NCBI GenBank assembly: GCA_024234615.1
Contig: JACKNY010000001.1
Location: forward strand, 774,334-838,333
Direction of reading: 5' to 3'
Source: Pseudomonadales bacterium
GTDB lineage: Bacteria; Pseudomonadota; Gammaproteobacteria; Pseudomonadales; IMCC2047
DNA length: 64,000 bases
Under the pieces are notes generated by a model. That model ran no database searches. It was not told the DNA's origin and saw only the letters and a list, made by a program, of their open reading frames with translations. The position numbers and the translations under genes were made by a program. Position 1 is the first letter of the stretch. Every line of letters begins with the position of its first letter. Below, piece after piece: positions 31,291-42,318 of this stretch.

Positions 31291-32219
31291 CTGCCAAAAC
31301 AAACTTGATTTCGGCCTCGCCGCTTGGCGTTATAAAGGGCTTTATCGGCACGCTCTATTAATGAGCTGATGCCGTCGTATTCTGCCAGTGTCGCTACGCC
31401 TAGGCTGATGGTTACGGCAACGGGCTGGTCTTTAAAGTTCATATCAGCGGTTGCTATCTGCTCACGAATTTTTTCAGCGATTTTAAGCGCGCCTTCTTGG
31501 TCGGTTTTGTGTAACAGAATTAAAAACTCTTCACCGCCATAGCGAAACAGTAAATCAGTTTTTCGCATACTGTTTTGAATGTTCGCGCAAGCAAGTTTGA
31601 GAACCTGATCGCCGCCCTGATGCCCGAGTTTATCATTGATCTGCTTAAAGTGATCAAAATCGAATAGAATCACCGACAATGGTATTTGGTCGCGCTGGGC
31701 TAAATCGATTTCCCTGTGCAATGCCGAGTCGAGAGCTTGTCGATTTCCGCACTGGGTTAAGGCGTCGGTAGAGGCGGCGGTTACTGCCTGATGATATTTC
31801 AAAGAATTACGCAATGGATAGAGCAGGCATGGCATTAGGTTTTCTAACACGTCTAGTTCTTTTTGCTGATAGGGGCGGTGGCGTGTGAATACCAGGGTGC
31901 CTAAGTCTCCCTGATCAGCGTTGAGTTGGTAACTGATTTTATGCTTACCCTGAATGGCAGAAGTAAATCGAATTGAGGAATCACTCTGGGTGTAACTTAG
32001 GCCGTCAACAGGTATCAGCGTACGCAATCGATTTAGAAATAAAGGTAAGATTTCATCGATTTCCAAAGAGGTTTGCAGGTCGCGTGTCAGGCTAAGTAAC
32101 ATCTCGCGCTTCTTCATTTGCTTTTCGGAGAACTGGGCGCGAGCCGGTTCTAATCTTTGGGTGAGATTAAAAACGTTGTCACTGTGTAGCGAGCTGGCCA
32201 TATTGATTCCTTTATCCAT
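31287..32219 (-). CDS. Diguanylate cyclase (GAF-like N-domain + GGDEF)
   Basis: GGEEF active site preceded by RKTD I-site (RxxD) five residues upstream. Confidence 0.85.
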   Translation of the reverse strand: MDKGINMASSLHSDNVFNLTQRLEPARAQFSEKQMKKREMLLSLTRDLQTSLEIDEILPLFLNRLRTLIPVDGLSYTQSDSSIRFTSAIQGKHKISYQLNADQGDLGTLVFTRHRPYQQKELDVLENLMPCLLYPLRNSLKYHQAVTAASTDALTQCGNRQALDSALHREIDLAQRDQIPLSVILFDFDHFKQINDKLGHQGGDQVLKLACANIQNSMRKTDLLFRYGGEEFLILLHKTDQEGALKIAEKIREQIATADMNFKDQPVAVTISLGVATLAEYDGISSLIERADKALYNAKRRGRNQVCFGS

Positions 32220-32382
32220 CCTGATTTAGCGAAAACGATTGTTGTGTGAAGTGCTAAATGTTACGTCTAAGGAGGTATTGCGAATTTTGTGCCAGCTTTT
32301 TATGCTAGAAAATAATCATAAAAAACAAATGGATAGATGTATTGTCAATAGTTTGACAGAAATTTTCGTTTCGCAGACGAGC

Positions 32383-32428
32383 AGTCCTGATGTGTGGCGA
32401 CAAAATATTGTCGCCACACATCAGGACT
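32383..32428. repeat. Perfect 21-bp-stem inverted repeat (4-nt loop) abutting the yciK stop codon
   Basis: AGTCCTGATGTGTGGCGACAA-aata-TTGTCGCCACACATCAGGACT; no U tract on the minus strand. Confidence 0.9.
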
Positions 32429-33211
32429 TTATTGCGCGTTAAGTGACTGGCCTTGTACTGTTTTACTGTCTGGCCCCATCAGGTAAAGATAGGTGCCCAT
32501 AATCTGCTCTGGGTAGGGGTTGAGTTTTACATCTTCGGCGGGGTAGGCCTGAGCTCTCATGCGGGTACGGGTAGCCCCAGGGTTTATGCAGTTCACGCGA
32601 ATATTGGTGACACCATCCAACTCGTCAGCCAGTGTTTCCATTAAGCCTTCTGTGGCGAATTTGGAAACGGCATAGGCACCCCAGAATGCACGGCTTTTGC
32701 GACCGACTCCAGAGGAGGTGAAGATAATAGAGGCATCCTCGGACTTTTCTAGGAGCGGCAGCAGCGCCTGGGTCAGCATAAACTGCGCGGTGACATTGAC
32801 GTGCATCACCTGACACCAGCTATTGATGTCGTAATTGGCGATAGGTGTTCTTTTACCAAGAATACTGGCGTTGTGCAAAACTCCGTCTAGTCGCCCCAGT
32901 TCGTCGCTGATAGCGCTGGCGAGCAAGTCATAATCATCGGGAGTGGCAAGTTCAAGGTCGAGAGGGTGAATCAAAGGTTGTGGCGAACCCTGTGCGACGA
33001 TCTCATCATACACGGCCTCCAATTTTTTGCTGGTACGGCCCAGTAATATAACGGTTGCTCCGTATTCAGCAAAGGTTTTAGCGGCTACGCGTCCGATCCC
33101 ATCACCTGCCCCAGTAACGAGAATGACACGGCTTTTTAATAGTTCTTTGCTAGGTTGGTAGTCACGTATTGCAGTCAAAATATAGTCCTGTATGGAGAAG
33201 TGATAAGCCAC
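32429..33211 (-). CDS. yciK: YciK-like short-chain dehydrogenase/reductase
   Basis: TGAGDGIG cofactor motif, SS...YxxSK catalytic pattern (YAVSK). Confidence 0.75.
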   Translation of the reverse strand: MAYHFSIQDYILTAIRDYQPSKELLKSRVILVTGAGDGIGRVAAKTFAEYGATVILLGRTSKKLEAVYDEIVAQGSPQPLIHPLDLELATPDDYDLLASAISDELGRLDGVLHNASILGKRTPIANYDINSWCQVMHVNVTAQFMLTQALLPLLEKSEDASIIFTSSGVGRKSRAFWGAYAVSKFATEGLMETLADELDGVTNIRVNCINPGATRTRMRAQAYPAEDVKLNPYPEQIMGTYLYLMGPDSKTVQGQSLNAQ

Positions 33212-33897
33212 TATAAATAGTTATGAAGCAATTCAGTTAATTCGTCTGGGTGGTTAATGTAGTAATCCGCATCCCAGCTCTGAGGGTCATCGTTGGCCTC
33301 GATATAGCCGTATAATGCCGCGACAGTAATCATACCAGCGTTACGACCGGCCTCAATATCACGCTGGTGGTCGCCCACATAGAGAGCTTGTTCGGGGGGG
33401 CAACCAAGCTGTTGGCACGCCAGCAACATTGATTCAGGATGTGGTTTTCGCTCGGCTACTTGATCGGCGCAGACCAATGCTGAACAGGGTGGTTCGAGAT
33501 TCATTTGCGCCATGATCGGCACCGAGTAAAGACTTGGTTTATTCGTCACCACTCCCCAAGGCAGACCAAACTGACCAAGCGTAGCTAATAACGCTGTGAT
33601 ACCGGGAAAGGGGGCGGTCTGCGCTGTGAGCTGTTGTTCGTAGATATCCAGTAGTCTTTGATAAAGTGCCTGATGTTCCGCAGTACCTGGGCTGGTGCTA
33701 AAACCCAATGACACCATTGCGTTGCCGCCATTTGAAACGACTTGGCGAATTTGCTCGTAAGCAAGCGTAGGCTTGCCTTCCTGTTGCAAAAGTCTATTAA
33801 GTGCTTGTGCGAGATCTTGGGCCGTGTCGAGCAACGTGCCATCCAAATCGAAAAGCACTGCCTTCAGGTTGGCGAGTGACGTTGGTTTATGGTTCAT
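33211..33897 (-). CDS. HAD-family phosphatase (phosphoglycolate phosphatase / MupP-like)
   Basis: [11 protein letters not shown] motif I, VTNK motif II, GDHQRD motif III; position ubiG-HAD-yciK as in pseudomonads. Confidence 0.75.
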   Translation of the reverse strand: MNHKPTSLANLKAVLFDLDGTLLDTAQDLAQALNRLLQQEGKPTLAYEQIRQVVSNGGNAMVSLGFSTSPGTAEHQALYQRLLDIYEQQLTAQTAPFPGITALLATLGQFGLPWGVVTNKPSLYSVPIMAQMNLEPPCSALVCADQVAERKPHPESMLLACQQLGCPPEQALYVGDHQRDIEAGRNAGMITVAALYGYIEANDDPQSWDADYYINHPDELTELLHNYL

Positions 33898-34640
33898 TCG
33901 GCTTTGGTCGCATGCATCATGTAATTCACATCGACATCGTCCGCCAGTTTATAGTGCTGCGTGAGGGGGTTGTAAACGAGCCCTATCATTTGCTGTAGGT
34001 CTAGCTGGGCCTCTCTGACCCAGGTCGCAAGCTCAGATGGTCGAATAAACTTTGCGTAATCATGAGTGCCGCGTGGTAGTAGTTTGAGTACGTACTCCGC
34101 TCCCACGATGGCGAACATATAGGCTTTAGGGTTACGGTTAATGGTAGAGAGGAACAAGTGTCCGCCGGGTTTGAGCATGCTCGCGCAGGCATTGATGACC
34201 GAGCTGGGATCAGGAACATGCTCGAGCATTTCCAAACAGGTGATGACATCAAACTGCTGATCGGGGCTATTAGCGCGTTGCTCGGCGAGGGATTCGGCGC
34301 TGATTTGTAAGTACTCGACCTTCGTGCCGGATTCCAAACTGTGAAGTTTTGCCACGTTGATGGGTGTTTCGCCCATATCAATGCCGGTCACTTGAGCACC
34401 TCGCTCAGCCATAGACTCGGAAAGAATACCGCCCCCACAACCTACATCGAGCACTTTTTTGCCGCTTAATTGTACAATTTGATCGATAAAGTTAAGTCTA
34501 AGCGGGTTGATTTGGTGCAGCGGCTTGAACTCGCTTTCGGCATCCCACCAACGGTTGGCGATAGCCTCAAACTTGGCTATTTCGGCGCGATCAACATTTT
34601 CGCTGCGGACAGGTTGGATTTTAGCTTGGATTTTTGGCAT
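33894..34640 (-). CDS. ubiG: Bifunctional 3-demethylubiquinol / 2-polyprenyl-6-hydroxyphenol O-methyltransferase
   Basis: EIAKFE..WWD..FKPLHxINPLR and SAM motif [13 protein letters not shown]. Confidence 0.9.
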   Translation of the reverse strand: MPKIQAKIQPVRSENVDRAEIAKFEAIANRWWDAESEFKPLHQINPLRLNFIDQIVQLSGKKVLDVGCGGGILSESMAERGAQVTGIDMGETPINVAKLHSLESGTKVEYLQISAESLAEQRANSPDQQFDVITCLEMLEHVPDPSSVINACASMLKPGGHLFLSTINRNPKAYMFAIVGAEYVLKLLPRGTHDYAKFIRPSELATWVREAQLDLQQMIGLVYNPLTQHYKLADDVDVNYMMHATKAE

Positions 34641-34670
34641 TGATTGTTACCTATCAAAAGTTATGCGTCG

Positions 34671-36017
34671 CTAAAAACTCATACTTTGTTGGTTCTCGGC
34701 GATTCTGATTTTGTCGCGCCATTGGGATACTTTAAACTGCAGTGTTTTGATATCGATCGATATCAGTTCGCCTTGATCTACTAGCATTTTACCCTTAACC
34801 CAGACATGTGACACTTTTTGGCCGCAGCCGTTGTAGATGAGGTGTGAGATAGGATCGTAGATCGGCTGGTCGATAAGATGGCTTAGATCGATGGCTATCA
34901 TGTCGGCGCTTTTGTTGGGCTCCAGACTGCCAATGCTGGCCTCTAAACCCAAGGCTTTCGCGCCATTATAGGTTGCCATGCGTAACGCTTGATGAGCAGG
35001 AATTGATGTGGCGTTCTGTGATACTCCCTTGGCGAGAAGCGCTGCTGTTTTGGCTTCACCGAGCATATCCAGATCATTGTTGCTGGCCGCGCCATCGGTG
35101 CCAAGCGCTACATTAATACCTGCCTCGTTTAACTGAGTGATGGGGCAGAAACCGCTAGCCAGTTTCAGGTTTGATTCAGGACAATGCACGACGTGGCAGC
35201 CATTTTCCTTTAACAGCTGTATGTCGTCGTCGTTAATTTGTGTCATGTGAACACATTGCAGCCGTGGTGACAGCAGGCCAAGCCTATGGAGACGTTGCAA
35301 GGGGCGTTCACCGAACTGGCGTATTGATTCTTCTATTTCATGGCTGGTTTCATGCAGGTGAATATGAATAAACGCATCCAACTCATCCGAGAGCATTCTG
35401 ATTCGTTCCAAAGATTCGTCCGATACAGTATAGGGAGCGTGCGGCCCAAAGCCGATATTAATCAAATCATGGTGCCGATAATCATCGTGAATCGTTAGGC
35501 CCTTGTGTATGTATTCTTCTGCATTTTCGGCCCAGGCACTGGGAAATTCGAGAATGGGCATCATGATATGCGCGCGTATTTTATGCTTATGAGCCATTTT
35601 TGCGACTACATTGGGATAAAAGTACATATCGCTGAAACAGGTGGTGCCGCTGAGTAGCATTTCCGCAATTGCCAGTTCCGTGCCGTCAGCGACAAATTCT
35701 TCACTAACCCAGCGTCGTTCGGCGGGCCAGATATGATTGTTCAGCCAGCTCATTAAGGGTAGATCATCAGCCAAGCCTCGGAATAGCGTCATGCTGGCAT
35801 GGCCGTGGGCATTGATCAGACCTGGAATCAATGCGTGAGAATCCAACCGATAGGTTTTACTGGATTTATAGGTTTTTTCCGCCTGGGTGGAATCGAGAAT
35901 ATCCAAAATCACCCCTTGCTTAATGGCAATGGCGTGATTGACTAAAATCCGGTTGCTGGGGTTGACTGGGATCACCCATTTGGCATGAATTAGATTGTCG
36001 ACTGTTTGCTTTGGCAT
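34671..36017 (-). CDS. mtaD: TRZ/ATZ amidohydrolase, 5-methylthioadenosine/S-adenosylhomocysteine deaminase-like
   Basis: Amidohydrolase HxH (NAHGHASMT), HLHE, GTDGAASNN; start placed at MPKQTVDNLIHAKWVIPV (36017); ORF is open up to 36146. Confidence 0.75.
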   Translation of the reverse strand: MPKQTVDNLIHAKWVIPVNPSNRILVNHAIAIKQGVILDILDSTQAEKTYKSSKTYRLDSHALIPGLINAHGHASMTLFRGLADDLPLMSWLNNHIWPAERRWVSEEFVADGTELAIAEMLLSGTTCFSDMYFYPNVVAKMAHKHKIRAHIMMPILEFPSAWAENAEEYIHKGLTIHDDYRHHDLINIGFGPHAPYTVSDESLERIRMLSDELDAFIHIHLHETSHEIEESIRQFGERPLQRLHRLGLLSPRLQCVHMTQINDDDIQLLKENGCHVVHCPESNLKLASGFCPITQLNEAGINVALGTDGAASNNDLDMLGEAKTAALLAKGVSQNATSIPAHQALRMATYNGAKALGLEASIGSLEPNKSADMIAIDLSHLIDQPIYDPISHLIYNGCGQKVSHVWVKGKMLVDQGELISIDIKTLQFKVSQWRDKIRIAENQQSMSF

Positions 36018-36311
36018 TGCGGTTAGCGTATTTGGTTGCTCTTCTGGAATGGCAGCGAGCGATTGTTTCATCTGGGGATTATTCTGTCCAGCAGACTTGT
36101 GAATATGCTGTTCAGGACTTCCTGTGACGACGGATGCCAACAGCATCTTGATATTTCAGTTTTTAGCGCAGGCTATTATGAAATCTTAACGCTTTCTATG
36201 CTAGAATCGCTTCCTTTTGAGCTGGCCCGGATTGAGACTTGTGGGCCGCTTCCATCGGCTAATTACTAGCCGGATATTAAAAAGAATCAGTGGAACAGGA
36301 TACCGACCTCT

Positions 36312-38897
36312 ATGGGCGAGTTAGCCAAAGAAATTTTACCCGTCAATATCGAAAACGAGCTGAAGCAATCTTATCTCGATTATGCAATGAGCGTAATTGT
36401 CGGGCGGGCTTTGCCGGATGTGCGCGATGGGTTGAAACCTGTGCATCGTCGGGTGTTATTCGCGATGAGCGTGTTGGGCAACGATTTCAATAAGCCTTAT
36501 AAAAAATCAGCACGGGTGGTGGGTGATGTGATTGGTAAATATCACCCGCATGGTGATACTGCCGTCTATGACACCATCGTACGCATGGCGCAGCCCTTCT
36601 CTATGCGCTACATGCTGGTGGACGGGCAGGGTAACTTTGGTTCGGTGGATGGTGACTCGGCAGCGGCGATGCGATACACCGAAATTCGCATGGACAAAAT
36701 TTCTCATCAGATCTTGGCCGATCTGGATAAAGAAACCGTGGATTATGTGCCTAACTATGATGGCACGGAAATGATTCCGGAGGTCATGCCCACCCGTATT
36801 CCCAATTTATTGGTTAATGGTTCCTCCGGTATAGCGGTTGGTATGGCGACCAATATCCCACCACACAATTTAACCGAAGTGATTAACGGTTGTCTGGCCA
36901 TCATGGATAACCCCGATATCGAGCTGATGGAATTAATGGAGCATATTCCCGGACCTGATTTTCCGACGGCGGCTTTTATTAATGGTCGCGCCGGTATCGT
37001 CGAGGCCTATCGTACCGGGCGTGGGCGTATCTATTTGCGGGCACGACACCATATTGAAACTGACGACAAAAGCGGCAAGCACACCCTGGTGGTGACGGAG
37101 TTACCTTATCAGGTGAATAAGGCGCGCTTGATCGAAAAAATTGCTGACCTGGTCAAAGAAAAGCAGCTGCAGGGTATTTCAGAGTTACGAGATGAGTCCG
37201 ACAAGGATGGTATGCGCATTGTTATTGAGTTACGCCGTGGTGAAGTGCCGGAAGTGATACTGAATAATTTGTATGCGCAAACCCAGATGCAAAACGTGTT
37301 TGGTATCAACGTTGTGGCGCTGGTGGATGGGCAACCAAAAACGCTTAATCTCAAGCAATTACTCAATGCTTTTGTACGCCATCGCCGTGAGGTAGTGACA
37401 CGGCGTACTATCTATGAATTACGTAAAGCGCGTGAACGGGGGCATATTTTGGAAGGGCAGGCAGTGGCGCTGTCCAATATCGACCCGGTTATCGCATTGA
37501 TTAAAGCCTCGCCTAGTTCTGCAGAAGCGAAGGAAAAATTATTGGCGGAAGCCTGGGCTCCTGGCGCGGTAATGGACATGCTGGAGCGGTCTGGAGCGGA
37601 TGTTTGCCGGCCTGACACGCTGGAGCCTCAGTATGGCTATCGTGATGGCAAATACTATCTGAGCCCGGAACAGGCGCAAGCCATTCTAGATTTACGTTTA
37701 CATCGTTTGACGGGTCTGGAGCAGGAAAAACTGGTTGCCGAGTATAAAGAGCTGATAGACCGAATCACTGGGTTGCTCGAAATATTGGAAAGTCGTGAGC
37801 GTTTGATGCAGGTGATCCGTGAAGAGCTGGAGGAGGTCAAAGAGCAGTTTGGCGACGAACGGCGCACAGAAATTATGCATAGCCAGCAAGACCTGACTTT
37901 GGAAGACTTGATTACAGAAGAGGATATGGTGGTTACCCTGTCGCATGGCGGCTATGCTAAGACTCAGCCAGTCGATACCTACCAGGCGCAGCGTCGTGGC
38001 GGGAAAGGTAAGATGGCGGCAGCGGTGAAAGATGAGGATTTTGTCGAACACATTTTGGTTGCCAGTACGCACGACACTATTCTGTGCTTCTCGAATCGAG
38101 GCAAAGTATATTGGCTGAAGGTGTACCAGATACCGGTGGCGAGCAGAACCGCCAAGGGGCGACCGATGGTGAATTTATTGCCGTTAGCAGAAGATGAACG
38201 CATTACTACCGTATTGCCAGTGCACGAGTATACCGAGAATCACTTCATCTTTATGGCAACGGCGAGTGGTACTGTGAAAAAAACTGCATTGATGAATTTT
38301 GCACGACAGCGCAGCTCCGGTTTGATTGCAGTTGATCTCAATGAAGATGATACGCTGATTGGTGCTGCGATTACCGATGGCAACAAAGATATTATGCTGT
38401 GTAGTAATTCCGGTAAAGCGGTGCGTTTCAACGAAGCCGATGTGAGGCCGATGGGGCGAACAGCCCGCGGTGTACGTGGTATTCGTCTAAAAGGAGGGCA
38501 GCGGGTAATATCACTGATTATTCCAGAAGAAAATGTACGAGTACTTTGTGTGAGTGCGAAGGGGTACGGTAAACGTACTGACATGGAAGAGTTCCCAGTG
38601 CATAATCGCGGTGGGTCCGGCGTCATCGCCATGCAAACCAGTAAGCGTAACGGTGAACTGGTGGGTGCGGTGCCGGTTGTGGATGGCGATGAAATTATGT
38701 TGATCAGTAATAAAGGAACGCTGGTGCGCACGCGTACCGATGAAATTTCAGTGTTGGGCAGAAATACTCAGGGCGTCACTTTGATTAAAGTCAGTGCAGA
38801 TGAAAAGCTGGTCGGTGTGGAGCGTATCGAAGAGCCTGAAGAAGATGAAAATGCAGCTGAGGGCGTCGTCAGTGACGACGCGAACGCGACAGAATAA
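36312..38897 (+). CDS. gyrA: DNA gyrase subunit A
   Basis: 861 aa; AAMRYTE active-site Tyr; QRDR reads [11 protein letters not shown] (Thr83/Asp87, wild-type pseudomonad-like). Confidence 0.97.
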   Translation: MGELAKEILPVNIENELKQSYLDYAMSVIVGRALPDVRDGLKPVHRRVLFAMSVLGNDFNKPYKKSARVVGDVIGKYHPHGDTAVYDTIVRMAQPFSMRYMLVDGQGNFGSVDGDSAAAMRYTEIRMDKISHQILADLDKETVDYVPNYDGTEMIPEVMPTRIPNLLVNGSSGIAVGMATNIPPHNLTEVINGCLAIMDNPDIELMELMEHIPGPDFPTAAFINGRAGIVEAYRTGRGRIYLRARHHIETDDKSGKHTLVVTELPYQVNKARLIEKIADLVKEKQLQGISELRDESDKDGMRIVIELRRGEVPEVILNNLYAQTQMQNVFGINVVALVDGQPKTLNLKQLLNAFVRHRREVVTRRTIYELRKARERGHILEGQAVALSNIDPVIALIKASPSSAEAKEKLLAEAWAPGAVMDMLERSGADVCRPDTLEPQYGYRDGKYYLSPEQAQAILDLRLHRLTGLEQEKLVAEYKELIDRITGLLEILESRERLMQVIREELEEVKEQFGDERRTEIMHSQQDLTLEDLITEEDMVVTLSHGGYAKTQPVDTYQAQRRGGKGKMAAAVKDEDFVEHILVASTHDTILCFSNRGKVYWLKVYQIPVASRTAKGRPMVNLLPLAEDERITTVLPVHEYTENHFIFMATASGTVKKTALMNFARQRSSGLIAVDLNEDDTLIGAAITDGNKDIMLCSNSGKAVRFNEADVRPMGRTARGVRGIRLKGGQRVISLIIPEENVRVLCVSAKGYGKRTDMEEFPVHNRGGSGVIAMQTSKRNGELVGAVPVVDGDEIMLISNKGTLVRTRTDEISVLGRNTQGVTLIKVSADEKLVGVERIEEPEEDENAAEGVVSDDANATE

Positions 38898-38919
38898 CGG
38901 GTAATTAGAACGAAGCTAT

Positions 38920-40029
38920 ATGAGTAAAGCTGATTCTGAACAACAACTGAGTCAAATACGTCAGCAGATTGATCAAATTGATGCTGAAATTCAGCGTCTG
39001 ATCAATGCGCGAGCAAGCTGCGCACAGCAGGTCGCAGAAGTGAAGATGAACGCCAAGAAGGAAACAACGGTATTCTACCGTCCTGAACGTGAGGCGCAGG
39101 TGCTGCGGGAAATCATGGCGCGTAATACCGGGCCGGTAGCGGACGAAGAAATGGCCCGCATCTTTCGGGAAGTGATGTCGGTCTGTCTGGCGATGGAGCA
39201 GCCGCTACGAATTGCTTTTCTGGGGCCAGAAGGGACATTTACTCAGGCTGCGGCGCTTAAACACTTTGGCCATTCCGTGGTTAGCGCCCCCTTGGCGGCT
39301 ATTGATGACGTATTTAGAGAAGTGGAATCGGGTACTGCCAATTATGGTGTGGTGCCGGTAGAGAACTCCACTGAAGGTATGGTGAATTCGACGCTTGATA
39401 GTTTTATGAAGTCTTCGTTGAAAATTTGTGGAGAGGTTGAATTACGCATTCATCATCATCTTCTGGTTAAGCGGGATCTGACGATCGGTAACATAAAACG
39501 TATTTATTCGCATGAACAATCTTTGGCCCAGTGCCGGAAATGGTTGAATACGCACATGCCAAATGCTGAGCGTATTAGCGTTGGCAGCAATGCTGAAGCC
39601 GCACGACTGGTGGCAGATAGCGACGAGTCGGAGTTGACGGCAGCGATTGCAGGCGATATGGCGGCAGAAACTTATCACCTCAATAAACTGGTGATGAATA
39701 TCGAAGACGAGCCGGATAACGCAACGCGATTCTTAATTGTCGGACAGCAATCAGTCGCGGCCAGTGGTAGCGATAAAACCTCCGTGATTATTGCCATGCG
39801 TAATAAACCCGGTGCTCTGTATTTAGTGCTTAAGCCATTTCAGGAAGCAGGCATTATGTTGACCCGGGTGGAAACTAGGCCTTCGCGTACCGGCACCTGG
39901 ACTTATGTTTTTTTTGTCGATTTTGAAGGGCATTATCAGGATCCAAAGATCAAGACGGTATTGGATAAGATTGCCGACGAAGCGGCCGAACTCAAACTGC
40001 TCGGTTCTTACCCCATTGCCGTGCTTTAG
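38920..40029 (+). CDS. pheA: Bifunctional chorismate mutase / prephenate dehydratase (P-protein)
   Basis: N-terminal CM helix bundle (LxxxRxxIDxIDxEI), PDT domain, TRF and ACT-domain ETRPS motif. Confidence 0.92.
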   Translation: MSKADSEQQLSQIRQQIDQIDAEIQRLINARASCAQQVAEVKMNAKKETTVFYRPEREAQVLREIMARNTGPVADEEMARIFREVMSVCLAMEQPLRIAFLGPEGTFTQAAALKHFGHSVVSAPLAAIDDVFREVESGTANYGVVPVENSTEGMVNSTLDSFMKSSLKICGEVELRIHHHLLVKRDLTIGNIKRIYSHEQSLAQCRKWLNTHMPNAERISVGSNAEAARLVADSDESELTAAIAGDMAAETYHLNKLVMNIEDEPDNATRFLIVGQQSVAASGSDKTSVIIAMRNKPGALYLVLKPFQEAGIMLTRVETRPSRTGTWTYVFFVDFEGHYQDPKIKTVLDKIADEAAELKLLGSYPIAVL

Positions 40030-40071
40030 CGCGTAAGCGGTATTTTATAGTAGCCAATATCTCGCAGTTCT

Positions 40072-42318
40072 ATGACTCAAGAAATTATTTCATCATTACC
40101 CCTGAACCGATTGGTTATTATTGGTATTGGGCTGATTGGCGGCTCACTGGCGAAGGCTGCACGTCATGTCGGAGCAGCGAAGACCGTCATTGGTGTGGGC
40201 CGCAATGAGTTTAACCTAAAGCGGGCAGTTGAGCTGGGGGTAATTGATTCTTATGCGCTTGATCCTAAAGATGCCGTGGTGGATGCTGATCTGGTGGTGA
40301 TTGCGACCCCTGTACTGAGTATCGAAAAAGTTTTAAGACAGATTGCTGATGTACTGGGTGAGCAAACTGTGGTGACCGATGCCGGTAGCGCAAAGGGCAT
40401 CGTTGTTGAGGCGCTGCAGCAAGTGTTTAAAACCGTACCGGATAACTTTGTGCCGGGACATCCCATTGCCGGCTCAGAGAAAAGTGGTATTGATGCAGTT
40501 GATGCAGCACTTTATCAACGGCACAAAGTTATTTTAACGCCTTTGCCCAACACTTCGGCGCATGCGTTAGCCATGGTCCAAGAGTTATGGCAAGCCGTCG
40601 GGGCTCAAGTGTTAGAAATGGATGTGCAGCAGCATGACCAGATATTAGCAGCGACCAGCCATCTGCCGCATTTATTAGCCTATTCGTTGGTGGATACCCT
40701 GGCTAAGCAAGATGAAAATCAGGAGATTTTCCGTTACGCCGCTGGTGGTTTTCGAGATTTTACCCGTATTGCATCCAGTGATCCGACCATGTGGCATGAT
40801 ATTTTTCTGGCCAATCGGCAGGCGGTGCTACATAGTCTGGATAAGTTTTCGCAAGGAGTGGCTGAGTTGCGGGTTGCGCTAGAGCAACAAGACAGCAAAG
40901 CCATGATGGGCATTTTTACCCGCGCCAAAGCAGCGCGCGATCATTTCACTAAATTATTGGCTCATCGGGCCTATGTAGAGTCTATGACAGCAAGCGATAC
41001 CACCTTTTTTGCCAAGCAAGGCCGTCCCCTCAGCGGCAGTATTCGTGTGCCGGGCGACAAATCTATTTCTCATCGTTCTATTATGTTGGGCGCGATCGCC
41101 GAGGGTGAAACCGAGGTTACAGGATTTTTGGAAGGCGAAGATAGCCTGGCAACACTGCAAGCCTTTCGTGACATGGGTGTGGTTATCGAAGGGCCGCACC
41201 AGGGCAAGGTGAAAATCTATGGTGTTGGATTACATGGTCTGAAAAAATCTCCGGGCGCGCTTTATTTAGGTAATTCAGGCACCTCCATGCGGCTGCTAGC
41301 AGGTTTACTCTCGGCTCAATCCTTTACGGTTGAATTAACTGGGGATGAGTCCCTTTCCGCTCGACCAATGGAGCGAGTGGCAAAACCTCTGCGTGAAATG
41401 GGGGCCATCATTGACACCCAAGCGGGTAAACCTCCGATGAGGATTAAAGGCGGCAGTACAATTCATGGCATTCACTATGATATGCCGGTTGCCAGTGCGC
41501 AGGTAAAATCTAGCCTATTATTGGCGGGCCTATATGCACAAGGCATTACCACCGTAATAGAACCCGCACCTACCAGAGATCATACCGAACGAATGCTGAC
41601 GGGGTTTGGTTATAAAGTAAATATTAAACAACTGTCGGACACGCAACGGGAAATTAGCTTGCAGGGTGGTGGGACGCTCAAAGGTGGTGCTATCGATGTC
41701 CCGGCGGATATCTCATCGGCGGCGTTTTTTTTAGTGGCAGCGAGTATTGTGCCAGGATCTGATTTGACCCTGGAGCATGTCGGCATCAACCCTACGCGCA
41801 CAGGCGTAATAAATATCTTACAGCAGATGGGTGCCGATATTGAATTTTTAAGCACCCGTATCGCTGGCGGTGAGCCCGTCGCAGATATTCGAGTGCGCTA
41901 CGCCCCGTTACGAGCAATTGCTATCCCGCAGGATCAAGTACCCTTGGCAATTGATGAGTTTCCCGTATTGTTTATTGCGGCAGCCTGCGCTGAAGGCACG
42001 ACTGTATTAGAGGGCGCTGAAGAGTTAAGAGTGAAGGAAAGTGATCGCATTCAGGTGATGGCTGATGGCCTAGTGGCGCTGGGGGTTGATGCACAGCCTA
42101 CCCCTGATGGTATGCGGATTAAGGGTGGTGTTATAAAGGGTGGAATGGTGGATAGTCATGGTGATCATCGTATTGCGATGGCATTTTCGGTAGCCGCGTT
42201 GATGGCGAGCGGAGAGATTGTCATTCGTAACTGTGCCAACGTCGCCACCTCTTTTCCCAATTTTGTGGAATTGGCGAACCGCGTAGGTATGCAGATTCGG
42301 GAAGCAAAAAACGCATGA
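40072..42318 (+). CDS. tyrA/aroA: Fused prephenate/arogenate dehydrogenase (TyrA) - 3-phosphoshikimate 1-carboxyvinyltransferase (AroA)
   Basis: 748 aa; N-terminal Rossmann [10 protein letters not shown] + GHPIAG; C-terminal EPSPS domain ([36 protein letters not shown]). Confidence 0.9.
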   Translation: MTQEIISSLPLNRLVIIGIGLIGGSLAKAARHVGAAKTVIGVGRNEFNLKRAVELGVIDSYALDPKDAVVDADLVVIATPVLSIEKVLRQIADVLGEQTVVTDAGSAKGIVVEALQQVFKTVPDNFVPGHPIAGSEKSGIDAVDAALYQRHKVILTPLPNTSAHALAMVQELWQAVGAQVLEMDVQQHDQILAATSHLPHLLAYSLVDTLAKQDENQEIFRYAAGGFRDFTRIASSDPTMWHDIFLANRQAVLHSLDKFSQGVAELRVALEQQDSKAMMGIFTRAKAARDHFTKLLAHRAYVESMTASDTTFFAKQGRPLSGSIRVPGDKSISHRSIMLGAIAEGETEVTGFLEGEDSLATLQAFRDMGVVIEGPHQGKVKIYGVGLHGLKKSPGALYLGNSGTSMRLLAGLLSAQSFTVELTGDESLSARPMERVAKPLREMGAIIDTQAGKPPMRIKGGSTIHGIHYDMPVASAQVKSSLLLAGLYAQGITTVIEPAPTRDHTERMLTGFGYKVNIKQLSDTQREISLQGGGTLKGGAIDVPADISSAAFFLVAASIVPGSDLTLEHVGINPTRTGVINILQQMGADIEFLSTRIAGGEPVADIRVRYAPLRAIAIPQDQVPLAIDEFPVLFIAAACAEGTTVLEGAEELRVKESDRIQVMADGLVALGVDAQPTPDGMRIKGGVIKGGMVDSHGDHRIAMAFSVAALMASGEIVIRNCANVATSFPNFVELANRVGMQIREAKNA

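Noticed and set aside
32239-32442. 67-aa plus-strand ORF in the GGDEF/yciK spacer.
   Set aside because: It reads straight through both arms of the 21-bp perfect hairpin and into the yciK stop region. It has no SD and is most likely non-coding.
38240-38731. 163-aa ORF antisense to gyrA. Similar long antisense or shadow ORFs occur at 44061-44549 in rpsA, 17435-17812 in cobS/cobC, 29329-29718 in rluB, 37698-38072 in gyrA and 26983-27351 in trpS.
   Set aside because: Each lies entirely inside a confidently identified, full-length conserved gene on the opposite strand. Their composition is low-complexity or Ser/Arg/Pro-rich, as expected of shadow frames. They have no SD and no recognisable family.
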